Position numbers and translations under genes: made by a program
DNA from: Lepidodermella squamata
Lineage: Eukaryota > Animalia > Gastrotricha
Direction: 5' to 3'
DNA length: 64,000 nt
Assembly: GCA_047495785.1 (NCBI GenBank)
Contig: JBLDXI010000064.1
Coordinates: 124,001-188,000, forward strand
Shown here: piece after piece, positions 14,301-24,949 of the stretch
Position numbering within the stretch: the stretch's first letter is position 1
Layout of the letters: every line of letters begins with the position of its first letter
Notes under the pieces: model-generated
The model's input: only the letters and a program-made list of their open reading frames with translations
What the model was told of the DNA's origin: nothing
The model's database searches: none

Positions 14301-15526
14301 AGTCCTATATCCATTCATCGATGTAACGCGTAACGTGCGGACGCCTTCACTGATAGATACCATGGCGCCCGCGAAGCGGGCGTCTGTTATACTAGTGTTA
14401 CTTCTAACATCATCGGTACTTCTTGATACCCAATCGAAATTTGAGACTAATTTCCGTCCTTTCTTTCCTTAGCTGCAATCACTAACGCTCTTCAAAATGT
14501 AAATTGGAATCTTCAAATTAGATTCAAGCTAGATTCTGATTATTGGCAAGCTCACCGGTGCTCGGGTTCCAAGCGTTAGTAAACAGCTACTTCTGCTATG
14601 CCCCAAAAGCCTTAATGTCGATAATAGAGATGATAATGTGAATGGGTCGGTTTCTCAGATTGACGACACTCGACTTATCATTTATTCAGTGGAACCTTAT
14701 TGATTTATACGTGAGTCTCTGAAATGGCGATTTTGAAGAGCGGCGATAGCTAATGCGCAGTCGAAAAAAGCGAAAATTCCAGAAACTCTAGCCAAAAAAT
14801 CTTACCGATAGCAAATCCGGGATGACTTGAACAATGAAGTAGTACTGATAGGTTCCATTCGTGGGTAAGGCCTGGTTGCAGCTCGAACAGGTCGGCCACA
14901 AACCGGTTACATTAGGCGGGAAAAAGCCGGTGTAAACAGATGATGAGAAAATACCAGACATTTTAGAGGCCTGGTTATTGGGGCAGAATTGATTCCACAG
15001 CGACATGCCCTTCAAATTTTTGACTGTGTCATTCGCTGTTCGGTAGAAAAAGTTCAAATGAATCAGAGACAAATTTAAAGTTCACTTACTGTTGACTGTG
15101 AGCACGGATATAGGATTAGTCACAAGCATTGCGAAAGTTGCGCATTTCGATGAAGCAGACACGTTGGCAACATTTCCGAACTCTATCAAAGCTTCGACCC
15201 GAAAATTTGTGGTAATACCAAACCCCTTTTATATTTATAAAATCTATCTATCGAAAATTGGCTTGATTCACAAAACAAACCGTTTGAATCCATGTGCTGT
15301 TCGATGTGAAAAGGGGCGAAGCCATTTGGTAGCCGTTAGACATGTTTTGACCGGGCAGCCATTGAATCCAGTTAGCGATGGCTCCAGTTGAGTAGTCGAA
15401 GGAGAACTGCGGGATGTGATAGCAAGTCGGATGTGTGATGGGGAGCGGTAGCAAATCAGGGCGAGGCGTTGAGCCCCTGCCAAACGGGTAAAAACAAAGC
15501 AAAACGGCGAAAATCAGCGAATTCAT
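8320..15526 (-). CDS. Cys-loop (pentameric) ligand-gated ion channel subunit with long N-terminal extension, 6 exons, ~1225 aa
   Basis: Exons 15526-15281, 15225-15090, 15035-14806, 11934-11373, 11116-9423, 9129-8320 join in frame with GT-AG. Features: signal peptide, Cys-loop CTIDLTNFPFDRQWC, VWHPY|LLMMNS, pre-M1 R-NPNYY, four TM segments. Exons 5-6 are secure; the join across the 2.9 kb intron is supported by phase and by internal repeat alignment. Confidence 0.8.
12229..14395 (+). mobile_element. Non-autonomous Helitron in intron 3 of the channel gene
   Basis: 3' hairpin CGCCCGC-GAA-GCGGGCG (14366-14382), then CTAG (14392-14395) followed by T. The 5' end is tentative (A|TC at 12229 or 12234). 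Confidence 0.6.
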
Positions 15527-15860
15527 AGTTTGCTATTTGAGAATGTTCAAAACACAGTCTGTCGCGATTTGTTTCGCTGAACATGTCTACTCAGATATTA
15601 CGAGGGCGTTTCGCCGTGGTCAGCGTGAATTATTAATGATTTGAAGCTTCACGCCATCCTTCGCTTGATGAGTAGTCGACTCATTCATTCTAAAATATGT
15701 TTTTCATGTTCGAAAATTGATCTTTACCCCTTTTCGAGGGCAAACATGTCTTACTTTCTAGTTCTTTAACGCTATTTTATTTGTACTAGAAACTCGCGAA
15801 CCTTCAAGAGAGCCGCTCCGATGAGTTTGCGATGTGAATCACAAATTTAATGGGAATTAG

Positions 15861-16040
15861 TCATTTAGGGAGGTTCTGATTGTTAGACCTCTTCAAAATA
15901 TGCATCTTCATACATCGGGTCTTGTCCGGATAGATGGCATAAGCGGGAATTCGAAGCTGGCTAGCAGCATCGCAGCCAGTTGTATTCGCAACACATCGAA
16001 CTGTTTCATCATTGTTGTCAACGCAACGAAAATAGGCCGC
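15861..16040 (-). pseudogene. Orphan truncated terminal exon of the lectin family (module 6 only, CTLD missing)
   Basis: ttgcag|AAYFRCVDNNDETVRCVANTTGCDAASQLRIPAYAIYPDKTRC closely matches exon 10 of copy F; homology stops at ~15912. Confidence 0.75.
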
Positions 16041-17494
16041 CTGCAAATAAAAAAGCACTATAACACGCTTCAATTCAGAATCTAAAGAAGAGCAACCCCT
16101 GACGTTGCTCAAGTTTGATTGGCGAGGATGAGCGAAAAATCAGTGGTCCGACATGGTCCCGCTCTAATTCCTCTGGTAAATGGAGGATTTTTGAGGTCAA
16201 AGCTCCTTTTCCCCATCCACGGAGCCTCAGCCCAAAGCGAAGGTGGGTGCTACGGCGTCGAGTTCAGCCCTAATTTAGGAAAACATCTACAGAAATTTGA
16301 TCCTTGCCTCGCATGTCTGTCTGTGTATTTTCAACCGTCTGGCGATATCGATTTCAGTCCGCTGTCTTACTCGCCAATAAACAAAACTTATTTCGCAAAA
16401 CGTTGTATCTCATCACGTTGCAAATAAAAAAATGGCTTTAAATGTATACCTTATTATAGTGTTAAACACTTTGATCCTTTCAACAGCATGCCTAAGTAAG
16501 TTTTTTGGCGGAATTTTTTAACAAATTTTACATTATATTTCATTAAGAATCAGCTCGAGAAACATTCACGGCTGATATGATATGCAAAATAGCTGGCAAA
16601 AGGCTCGGTTGCCGCTTGCCCCAAATGAACCACCTCGAATTCCGAACTGCAATGACGAATATTGTCAACCGCATGGACGCGGCGAAAGCTAGAGCCGACG
16701 CCTTCGCGAAGTGCGTCATATCGGCGGTTTCCAGCGACCGCGTCATGCGGCTGGCCTACCACCAGGACGTTTGCGTTCGCCGCATTCTAGGCGAAGAAAT
16801 GCGCTCACCGCGCTCATCAGCTTCTGCTAGAGTTGTGGCTTTTAAAAATCTATTCAATCAAGCTTAACATAACAATAAACTTAAACATAATAGCAAGCCT
16901 GAAATCTTGGATTTGGCAGTGATAATCGAATAACAGATTTCAGGGTTGGAACTCATGGAGGACTTATATGTCAAAAAAGATGAATTAGGATGTTTGGATC
17001 GCCCGGGCCTACAGTGCGCAGTAAGATCCTCGAGCAAGGGGGTATTTTCGGGCCCGAATTTTATGACCAAAGGGTCCACCCTGTGGTTTTTTGGGGGATT
17101 TTCCACTTTGGCCTTGTGAGCTGGGGGGTACTATACCCCACATTCCCCCCGTACTTCGCGCACTGCGGGCCCAGACCGGCATCTACAAAGCCGAACAAAG
17201 GGGTGAAATCGATTTCATGTTTTTAACAGCCGAAAAACGTCGAAAACTTATAGAAAATTTATAAGCGAAAAATCTGCTCGCCACGTGGTTAAATGCACGT
17301 AGCCTAAATTTTATTACCGGAACGTGGAAGAAAGAAAGATCATGCAGCATCATCACGGGAACATCACGGGAAAAAACAGGAGTATAGAATTAGAACTTGT
17401 TTATTCTCAAGGCAATGAGGTTAATTTTACTTCACTTTACAGCAGCTCATCTTGAACCATCAACTTGAAGAAAGAATTAGTTCAATGATCATTA

Positions 17495-20302
17495 TCATTC
17501 AACGTAGGTTTCGCAAAATCCGTACTTAGCAGTAACAGCGCAAGAAGTTGGAACCAAACGTAATACCGATGCTAGACTATTATAGATTATACAATTGTTA
17601 TTATTAGGTTCAGCATAAAACAGAGCTGGATCGTATGTGAAAGCCGACCCGTCCGACCACTTAAGGACTCCTCCGGACTCATCTGCAGCAAGACCAACCC
17701 AGCCATTAATGGAGTAGCTTGCAATCACAGCTAGGTCGGCAGCCGTTTTAACAGTTGCCAAGATGCCATCCAGTTGCGAGCACTTTGCGGCTGCAGCCGA
17801 ATGATTCAAAGTACCGCTGGGGTTATTAACATAAAACACTGTCTTTCGCGCGTTTTGACACTGCGATTCGCCACTGAACGTGACATTTGCAGGGAAGCGT
17901 CTCTCAGTGTTGGCGTCACAGCCGCTCGAGCTCAGTCGGCAGGTTACTGAACCATCAGCAGTTCGCAGGCATCGATGGTAAGAGATCTACAAACATAAAT
18001 CAATCATGTTTAGCGTTGATCGCGAACTAATTAGCGATAATATGTTACTAAAATGATTCACGCAAAATAGCAGCGTTGATTACTACCAAATACCAAACCC
18101 TGAAATATTTAAGGAAATAAACTCACAGGAGGCGATATATCATTGATGCATCTGTCGTGATTCAGGTGGAAGGTCCCCAAGTCAGAGAACAGCTTAACCT
18201 GTTATAGAAAAACTGTTGATTCCGGAAAAAGACGTGCTTTTGGTTGAGCATTACCTGAGTTTGATCTTGGAGGCAAGCGGCGTAGCAAGACGTTCGGTTG
18301 GATGAATCCTTGCACGAAACGGCATTCTGTTCAAAATATTAATGTGATTACCAAAAAGATAATTCTTTAGATCAAAACTTACTCCAAGCAGGCAGCTGTC
18401 TTTATTGATGTACACTCTGGTCGAGTACTGCCGAGTTTCGTTGCTTGCGAAGCAGCCGGAGCTTTGCAGTCGGCAGTCGTTGAACCTTTCGGTCGCAGAA
18501 TCGAAGCACCGAATGTGCGGCTTTTCGCTATCCGGAACAGTGACTATCATAAACAAAAATTTTAGCAGTTTTTTATCCGAATTCTTTAGTTTTTAGTTCA
18601 AGCACTAGGAACAAATTTGGAATTAACAAACATCCAGGAAATTAGGATTGGCTTTATGTCTCCACCAAGACAAAATTAATCCTACCTTCACTTCGGAAAA
18701 TCGATATTACAGATGAATTAAAGAGGCAAAATGGTTATAGGGTTTTTTAAATCGCGCCTAGGGCCCAGCTTCATCCTTGAATAAGAAAATCACGAACCTG
18801 CTCCATTTGTACAAGCTGCGAGATTTGGATAGATCGTCGATTCAGTTACCTGTTGGCAAGAAATGATAATAAGTTGGTCAGTCCTAAGTTCATGTCTATA
18901 TTCTTGAAGCCCATGACTTCCCCTTTCCGACAATTTATTAATTTCTAAATTTCGCTGGTTACGTAACATTCATGACGCTAAAATCGATCGATTTAGCTAA
19001 TGTTTGATCAGCTGCTGGCAACCACCTGTTACGTACCCCCAACAAATCCCTTAATTATGAGAGTTCCTTGTTACTAGATGATCATTTCCTGTAATTTGCT
19101 ACTCGAAATAGAAAACTGCGAAAATATTAGGGTTTTCGCAGCGTGAAATCGAAATTTCAAATCGCTAACCCAATTCTGCGGACATAAGTACGAGTTCGGA
19201 ACACAGCTCATAGTGGCATTGTTTGAGGTGCATCGTTTGAATTGCAGGTTCTGAATAAATAGATAATAGACAAGGCTGTAACAGATGGGAAACCATCTCT
19301 CCATACTGTGTCACGTGACCACATTTTAAACAAACGAACACCCAATTCGACCATAATAATTTTATATAATTCCAAAATCAACAACAAAAAAGGGTCACAT
19401 ATGGTTCAATCATTTCCATTTCCTGCTAAATCTGATTTTTTTTAATTTGGAAAAATCAGTTTATCCATGTTGAAAATTTTCTCTATTGTACGATATACAA
19501 TTTGTCTGCTAAATAACATTGATTTTTAGATTGATTTTTATTTTTAGATTGATTAGATTGATTTCGGCCGAGCAAATTGACTTCGAATTATCTCACTGAG
19601 TTGCTTTGTTTAGAGAAAAACAAAAAATAGTTAAGGTCAGGAAAAATTCACTATGGAGAGATGGTTATTTTCCTCTCTGTTACTGTGTTTTCTATGTAAT
19701 TCATATAGAACTTAATAGAACATCACGTTTATAGAGTTTCTCCAATATTAACCTCAAATACGGCTTTGTACTTCTCGCATTCGTTGAGGTTGAACCGCAA
19801 GTTCATCACTGGGTTTGACTTGGCGAACCAGAACAACTGAAAATAAATTCAAACCAAAGCTTCATCAATGAGCAAATTGGCACTAAATATTACAGGTAAG
19901 TGACCCGGGTTATTACAACCGATGTTGGCAGGCACGCAAAATGGAGTTAGCTTCTCGTATTTGTAGCACATCCGGGCATTCTGTAATTGAGAGATATAAT
20001 ACTATGAACGGTTAGAGGTTAGATACCAATCTCACCCCACGATTGCACACTCCGGCTCTGCGGAAAACTGGACCGAGCTAGATAATGAGAAATTCCAAGT
20101 CAAAGTGGTCGCGGATTGACAATAAAAATAAACCTACGCGGTATTCCCGTAGTCGATCGCAGCCGTCGGCAGCTGGTACGCAGTTGGTGAATCGGTTGCT
20201 AAACTGCGAGAAGCACCGAACCCAGTTTAGCGGCTTCCCCGAAGCAATGTCGCATGACGCCAGCACGAGTGCTAGCATTAGAGCACAGTGATACGAAACC
20301 AT
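17495..20302 (-). CDS. Copy C: Cys-module/C-type lectin paralog, 10 exons, apparently intact
   Basis: Exon 1 MVSYHCALML...REYR; exons at ~20077, 19980, 19837, 19250, 18849, 18544, 18328, 18198; terminal exon ~17987-17495. The only copy with an EPN motif (YAEPNNNNC). Confidence 0.86.
19265..19696. mobile_element. Degenerate MITE of the CATAG-ended MULE family (intron 4 of copy C)
   Basis: Inverted ends aaccatctctccata / tatggagagatggtt...ctatg; interior resembles 30130-30340. Confidence 0.55.
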
Positions 20303-21185
20303 GTGAGGCGCGTTTTACTAATTGCTAATAATTCTCGTGATTGATTGCAAGCCGATTGAAATAAAAATACAATAAAATAAATTTAGTTTGAATGAGAATT
20401 AGGAGCAGAATCACGTTCGAAATTGGTGAAAGTTTCAACGAATGAAATGTGAATGACACAGCGCGTGCGATTTTTCGAGGAGCCACGCGCCACTCCTGTT
20501 TCTGTAAGCAGGCCCGTGAAGTTTAATCAACATTAAAAATGGCTCAAACACGGCTCTTGTTTTTGGCGACGATCAACTGCACAGTGGCTGCTCGCGCGTC
20601 GGAGAGTCCATGTCGGAATTGTATCAGCTATATCATGAAATTTAGTTAACTTTAAAATATTGTGAAATTTCTCTAAATTAAAGTTTGAATTTCATTGCTC
20701 TCTTCTATCTCCTCTTTTGAGTTATTTTGGTCATCAGGGCTATTCGGAATAATGTTTATGCGAGCAGTAGAGTGAGGCTTCGGCCGGATTCTAGATTAAC
20801 ACGACAATGCCATTGATCTAATCAGAAATTCGCGAAAATTCACTGATGAGATTGCAATTCACGATGGAAAACATTTGAAATTGAAGTTGAGCAATTATAG
20901 TCACTCGTTGAGTTTTCTGACCTTCTAATCTTAAGCCGTTGATAGCAAGACAATGGGCGATGTCTTAAAAACAACAGTCGAGAGTCTTCTTTCGAAAGGA
21001 TTTAAGCTGATGAATTTGAGACATTGATGGCTTAAAAAATTAGTGAACTGGCCACTTTTGGTTAAATGCAGTCGAAATCGAACTTAATTGGTAGCTCCGT
21101 GATGTCAAATAGGCTCAAGAGCTTGGCATAGATCGATCGCATAAAGCTTGTTCAACAGTCGCACCACAACCGACCGCAAAATATA

Positions 21186-22067
21186 GTATGGGGCATAAAT
21201 ATTGAGCCGACTTTAATTACTGACAGCGCAGTCATTTCGGCTCCGATTCTCACATACCGTTGGAAAGCCCGTGAATTCTAGTTTATTTCGCTTAAGGAAT
21301 CCGTACCGAATCCAAGTTACAGCAAGTTATAACTGAGTGAGTTTTGAGCTCCACTGAGCTCTAAAATTCCCTATTTCAACTGGGCTAGCTGTAAGCTGTA
21401 AAATGACCCTAAAATGACCCAAATAGCCATGAATATGCCGACAAAGGTCATTTTCGCCTCATTTTGTGGCAGAAGAGACTTGCGCAAGCATGCTACGGAT
21501 AACAAGCTTTGGCTTTTTCACTTGCTGGCGAGCTTGCTACGTGTGTTCGTGGCATTATTTCATCCTAAGGTTGTCTAATTCATTTTTGAAGTTGACTTCT
21601 AACCCTCTGAGTTAAAAATGATATGTCAGCTCCTCATCACTGGACTGGAGTCTCGCTTATTTTGCTAATATTTGGATATGTGTGCCTATATGGTATACCT
21701 TCTTTTTCTCGCATCATGGTGTCGCAATGGAGCATATATCAATGTCCCAAATCATTGCCAGAGATGCCTAGAGCATGCCGGGATAGTGATGTGCCAATTT
21801 GTTAGGGTCTGGGAGCGTCCATAGTTTGCCTTTGATGTGTACGAAAACTATTAGAATTTAAATGTTTGAAAGATGGGGATTTTTGTGCGATCAACGCGGC
21901 TTCTTTAATTTGCTATAACTTGGATTCGGTCAGTATCCCTTGGGCGAAATTTTAAGGTAATAAACTATTTTTTATGGGCTTTCCAACGGTATAGGGAGAA
22001 TGAGATACGGAGCCGGAATTACTGCGCTGTGAATAATTGAAGTCGGCTCAATATTTATGCCCCATAC
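21186..22067. mobile_element. Non-autonomous TIR element abutting the MULE left end
   Basis: ~34-bp TIRs gtatggggcataaatattgagccgactttaatta / taattgaagtcggctcaatatttatgccccatac; no coding content. Confidence 0.7.
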
Positions 22068-23972
22068 CATAGACAACTTTATACAGATCGGAAACTAGCG
22101 ATCTTCCTATAGTAAATAAATTCACACCAAAACATGAATAAGAGGGCACGCGACCTTCATTTTTATTCACTCATCGCCCTATCCGCCCATTGTAATTTTT
22201 CCGATTTTTAATTATTTTCTAAAATTCCCAGTGTTTCATTTCCCGCAAATTTCCAACAAATTTACCGGAAAACTAGAAGCGCTCCTCTATCGAAATACCC
22301 AGCTGTTCAAAGTACACTATATCGTGTTCGAGGAAGACATGTTCCGAAAAACCCAACCTCGGTCGCCGACTTCATATCGAACATGGAAAGTGCCTATAGC
22401 GAAGAATTTGAACCGCTCCTCGGTCGTTTCATCAAAACCCTAGACGATCAAGAATTCCTTATCGACATCGTTGTCGCGGAAGACGGCGGCGTGGCGGCAA
22501 TTTTCGGTTCAGAGCGGGGTCTTCAGCGTCTCGAATCGGCCGATCGAATTTACGCCGATGGCACGTTCAAAATTGTCCCGCGAATTTTTCAGCAGTTATT
22601 CGTGATACACTCGGCCATCGAAACCAGCGAGGACGAACAGCTTCTCCTGCCGGGCGTCTTCGCTTTTCTGACGTCAAAGTCGGAAAAAACCTATGAAAAG
22701 TTGTTCCAGACGATTCAGAGCCGAGTCGATCTGAGCGAAAAAAGCGCGACAGTTGACTTCGAAACTGGCTTCATACCGGTTATCCGGAAATTTTTCAAGG
22801 ATATGATCGGATGTAAGTCAGCTAGTTTTGTTTCGATATTCGACCAACGACTGTTGTTGTTTTGTTTCTAGGTTTTTTTCACTATTGCAAAGCCATTCTT
22901 TCCTGGGTGCGCGAAAATGGGCTCTGGCGACACTACGTCAAACTGCCGAATGTTCGGCGCTTTATTCGACGATTTATGGCGCTCGCCCTACTCCCCCTCG
23001 ACGTTGTTGAAAATTATTACCCAATGCTACTTGCCGACTGCCCTCCTTCTCTTGCGCGATTCAAAAAATACTGGGTCAAGCAATGGACTGGAACAGTCAA
23101 ACTGGCCGAGTGGAACGTTTACGGCCTCGACACCCGCACAAACAACGCTGCTGAAGGCTGGAACGCGAAGGCGAACCGGCGGGCCAAGTCATATCACATC
23201 AACGTGTGGCGATTGATCGAGCTGTTGCGGGAGGAGGAGTCGGAGGCGGCGGCCAAGGTCACCATGGCTGCCGAACCGGGCTTGATGGCCAAACGGTCAA
23301 AGAAATACCAAAAGATTAATGAAAAAATTGCTAAAATTGTTGACGTTTTCGTTGCCAAACCCAACAAAGACAAACAGCTCGTTTACGCGACGCTGGACAA
23401 ACTGTCGGTTAACATGCTCTCTTTGTCAAAACTATATAAATAAGACTTGTTGTTTTCTCTTACATATTAAACGTTAATTAGCGCGTGTGCTTATAATAAA
23501 GCTGATAATCGTTGCGCAAGTGAGAGTTGCTCAAGTGAGAGTTGCTGAAAGCCGTCTCATGAGACGGTTTTTTTTAAGTTTTTTAAAGAAATTTTAAAGT
23601 TGATGACTTTGACGAAAAATCGCCATTTTAAGAGTCTTTCAGGACGGTAAAAATGTTTAATTTTGAGACGAAAAATTCCGAAAAAATTACTATGATCTTA
23701 TTTGATTTTTGCTCTATCCAACGATATAAAGCTTGAGAGAATCAGAATTCTTCGTAAGACGGGATTCATTCGTTCGATCCTAGTGTTCCGGAATAGTTTT
23801 CTGAAATTTGTGGGAAATGAAAGATTTTCTCTGGGAATTTTAGTAAATAATAAATATATGAAAAATCCCAATGGGCGGATAGGGCGATGAGTGAATAAAA
23901 AGGTCGCGTTTCCACGTGTTGGTGTGAATTTAGGAAGATGGTTACCTTCCGATGTTTATTGAGTTGTCCATG
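22068..23972 (+). mobile_element. Mutator-like (MULE) DNA transposon
   Basis: Long imperfect TIRs from catagacaac to gttgtccatg, sharing tttattcactcatcgccctatccgcccatt; encloses a MULE transposase. Confidence 0.85.
22383..23443 (+). CDS. MULE transposase, 2 exons, N-terminus apparently deleted
   Basis: YADGTFK..P..F.QL..IH, P..F..L..K....Y, VDFE, GC|FFHY across intron 22813-22871, RTNNAAEGWN. The frame is open back to ~22290, where it meets the TIR. Confidence 0.85.
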
Positions 23973-24246
23973 CTAAAAAGAGTTAATTGTTACCTGGTCT
24001 GCTGTGCAGCCTATGGTTTAGGATCGATATTAAACCATAAATTTGTGATGATAATTCATTTTCATTCATAGTTTGTGCCAGATTACGTCCATTTTTTGTT
24101 TATTTTTTTCTTCACAAATGATAATATAATGGAAAATGCTTCAAAACTGCACTCAATCGAGAGCAACACGGACTTGAACTCTTCAGCACGCGCCGAAAAA
24201 AAACGGGCACGTGACACGTTCCATATCGCACCACAAGGAGTGGCGC

Positions 24247-24304
24247 CATAAAAAATATCGAACATAACAAAAACAAAAACGCACCGTCATTCACGATTCA
24301 TTCG
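24247..24304 (+). promoter_or_regulatory. Candidate core promoter of lectin paralogs (CATAAAAA + TCATTC Inr-like)
   Basis: GTCATTC-n-TTCATTCG-like motif upstream of the ATG in C, D, E, F and G; CATAAAAA lies ~31-40 nt upstream in D, E and G. Confidence 0.4.
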
Positions 24305-24949
24305 ATACAATTTAAAAAAAATTCATATCGTAAATTTGTCACTGATTTTTTTCCAAGGCTCATTCGATCAATGGTTTCTTATCACTGTGCTCTGCTGCTA
24401 AGCCTATTGCTGGCGTCAAGTGACCCGGCTTCGGGTAAAGAATTGAACTGGGTCCGCTGCTTCTCGCAGTTCAGCAACCGATTCACCAACTGCGCAACAG
24501 CTGCCGATGGCTGTAATCCACTCACTGAATTCCAGGTTTGCCACAATTTACTTGTAACCTGATGATTGTTGAATTTTTCACCAACTAGTGGGGCGGCATT
24601 TTTCGAACGACTGGCGTCTGCAACATAAAACATAAAATAAAAATCTTTTATTGTGTCCCCGTTAGCATCTTCAATAACTCAGCAGCAATAAACAACAACA
24701 ACAAAATAAAGTAGAAGGAGAAAAATACTAACAAGGCACGGGCCAGCTATGGAGAGCCGCGCTCGTCGACGACGGTGCGCGCAAATACACAGATGGGTGA
24801 GCAGAGGAGAGAGGGAGAGGAAAGGCGGGGTAGTTATCAAAAGCATGGGAGTCAAGGTAGAAGCAGCGGTAAAGTATGAGGGAGAAGGAGGAGGCAACAA
24901 ACAAAGACGGAGAAATTGGAAGAAGAAAGGGGGAGAAGGTGAGGTAGGG

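Noticed and set aside
16119-17226. Short ORFs (e.g. 16577-16867) in an apparent insertion
   Set aside because: No recognisable motifs, splice structure or element boundaries that I could support.
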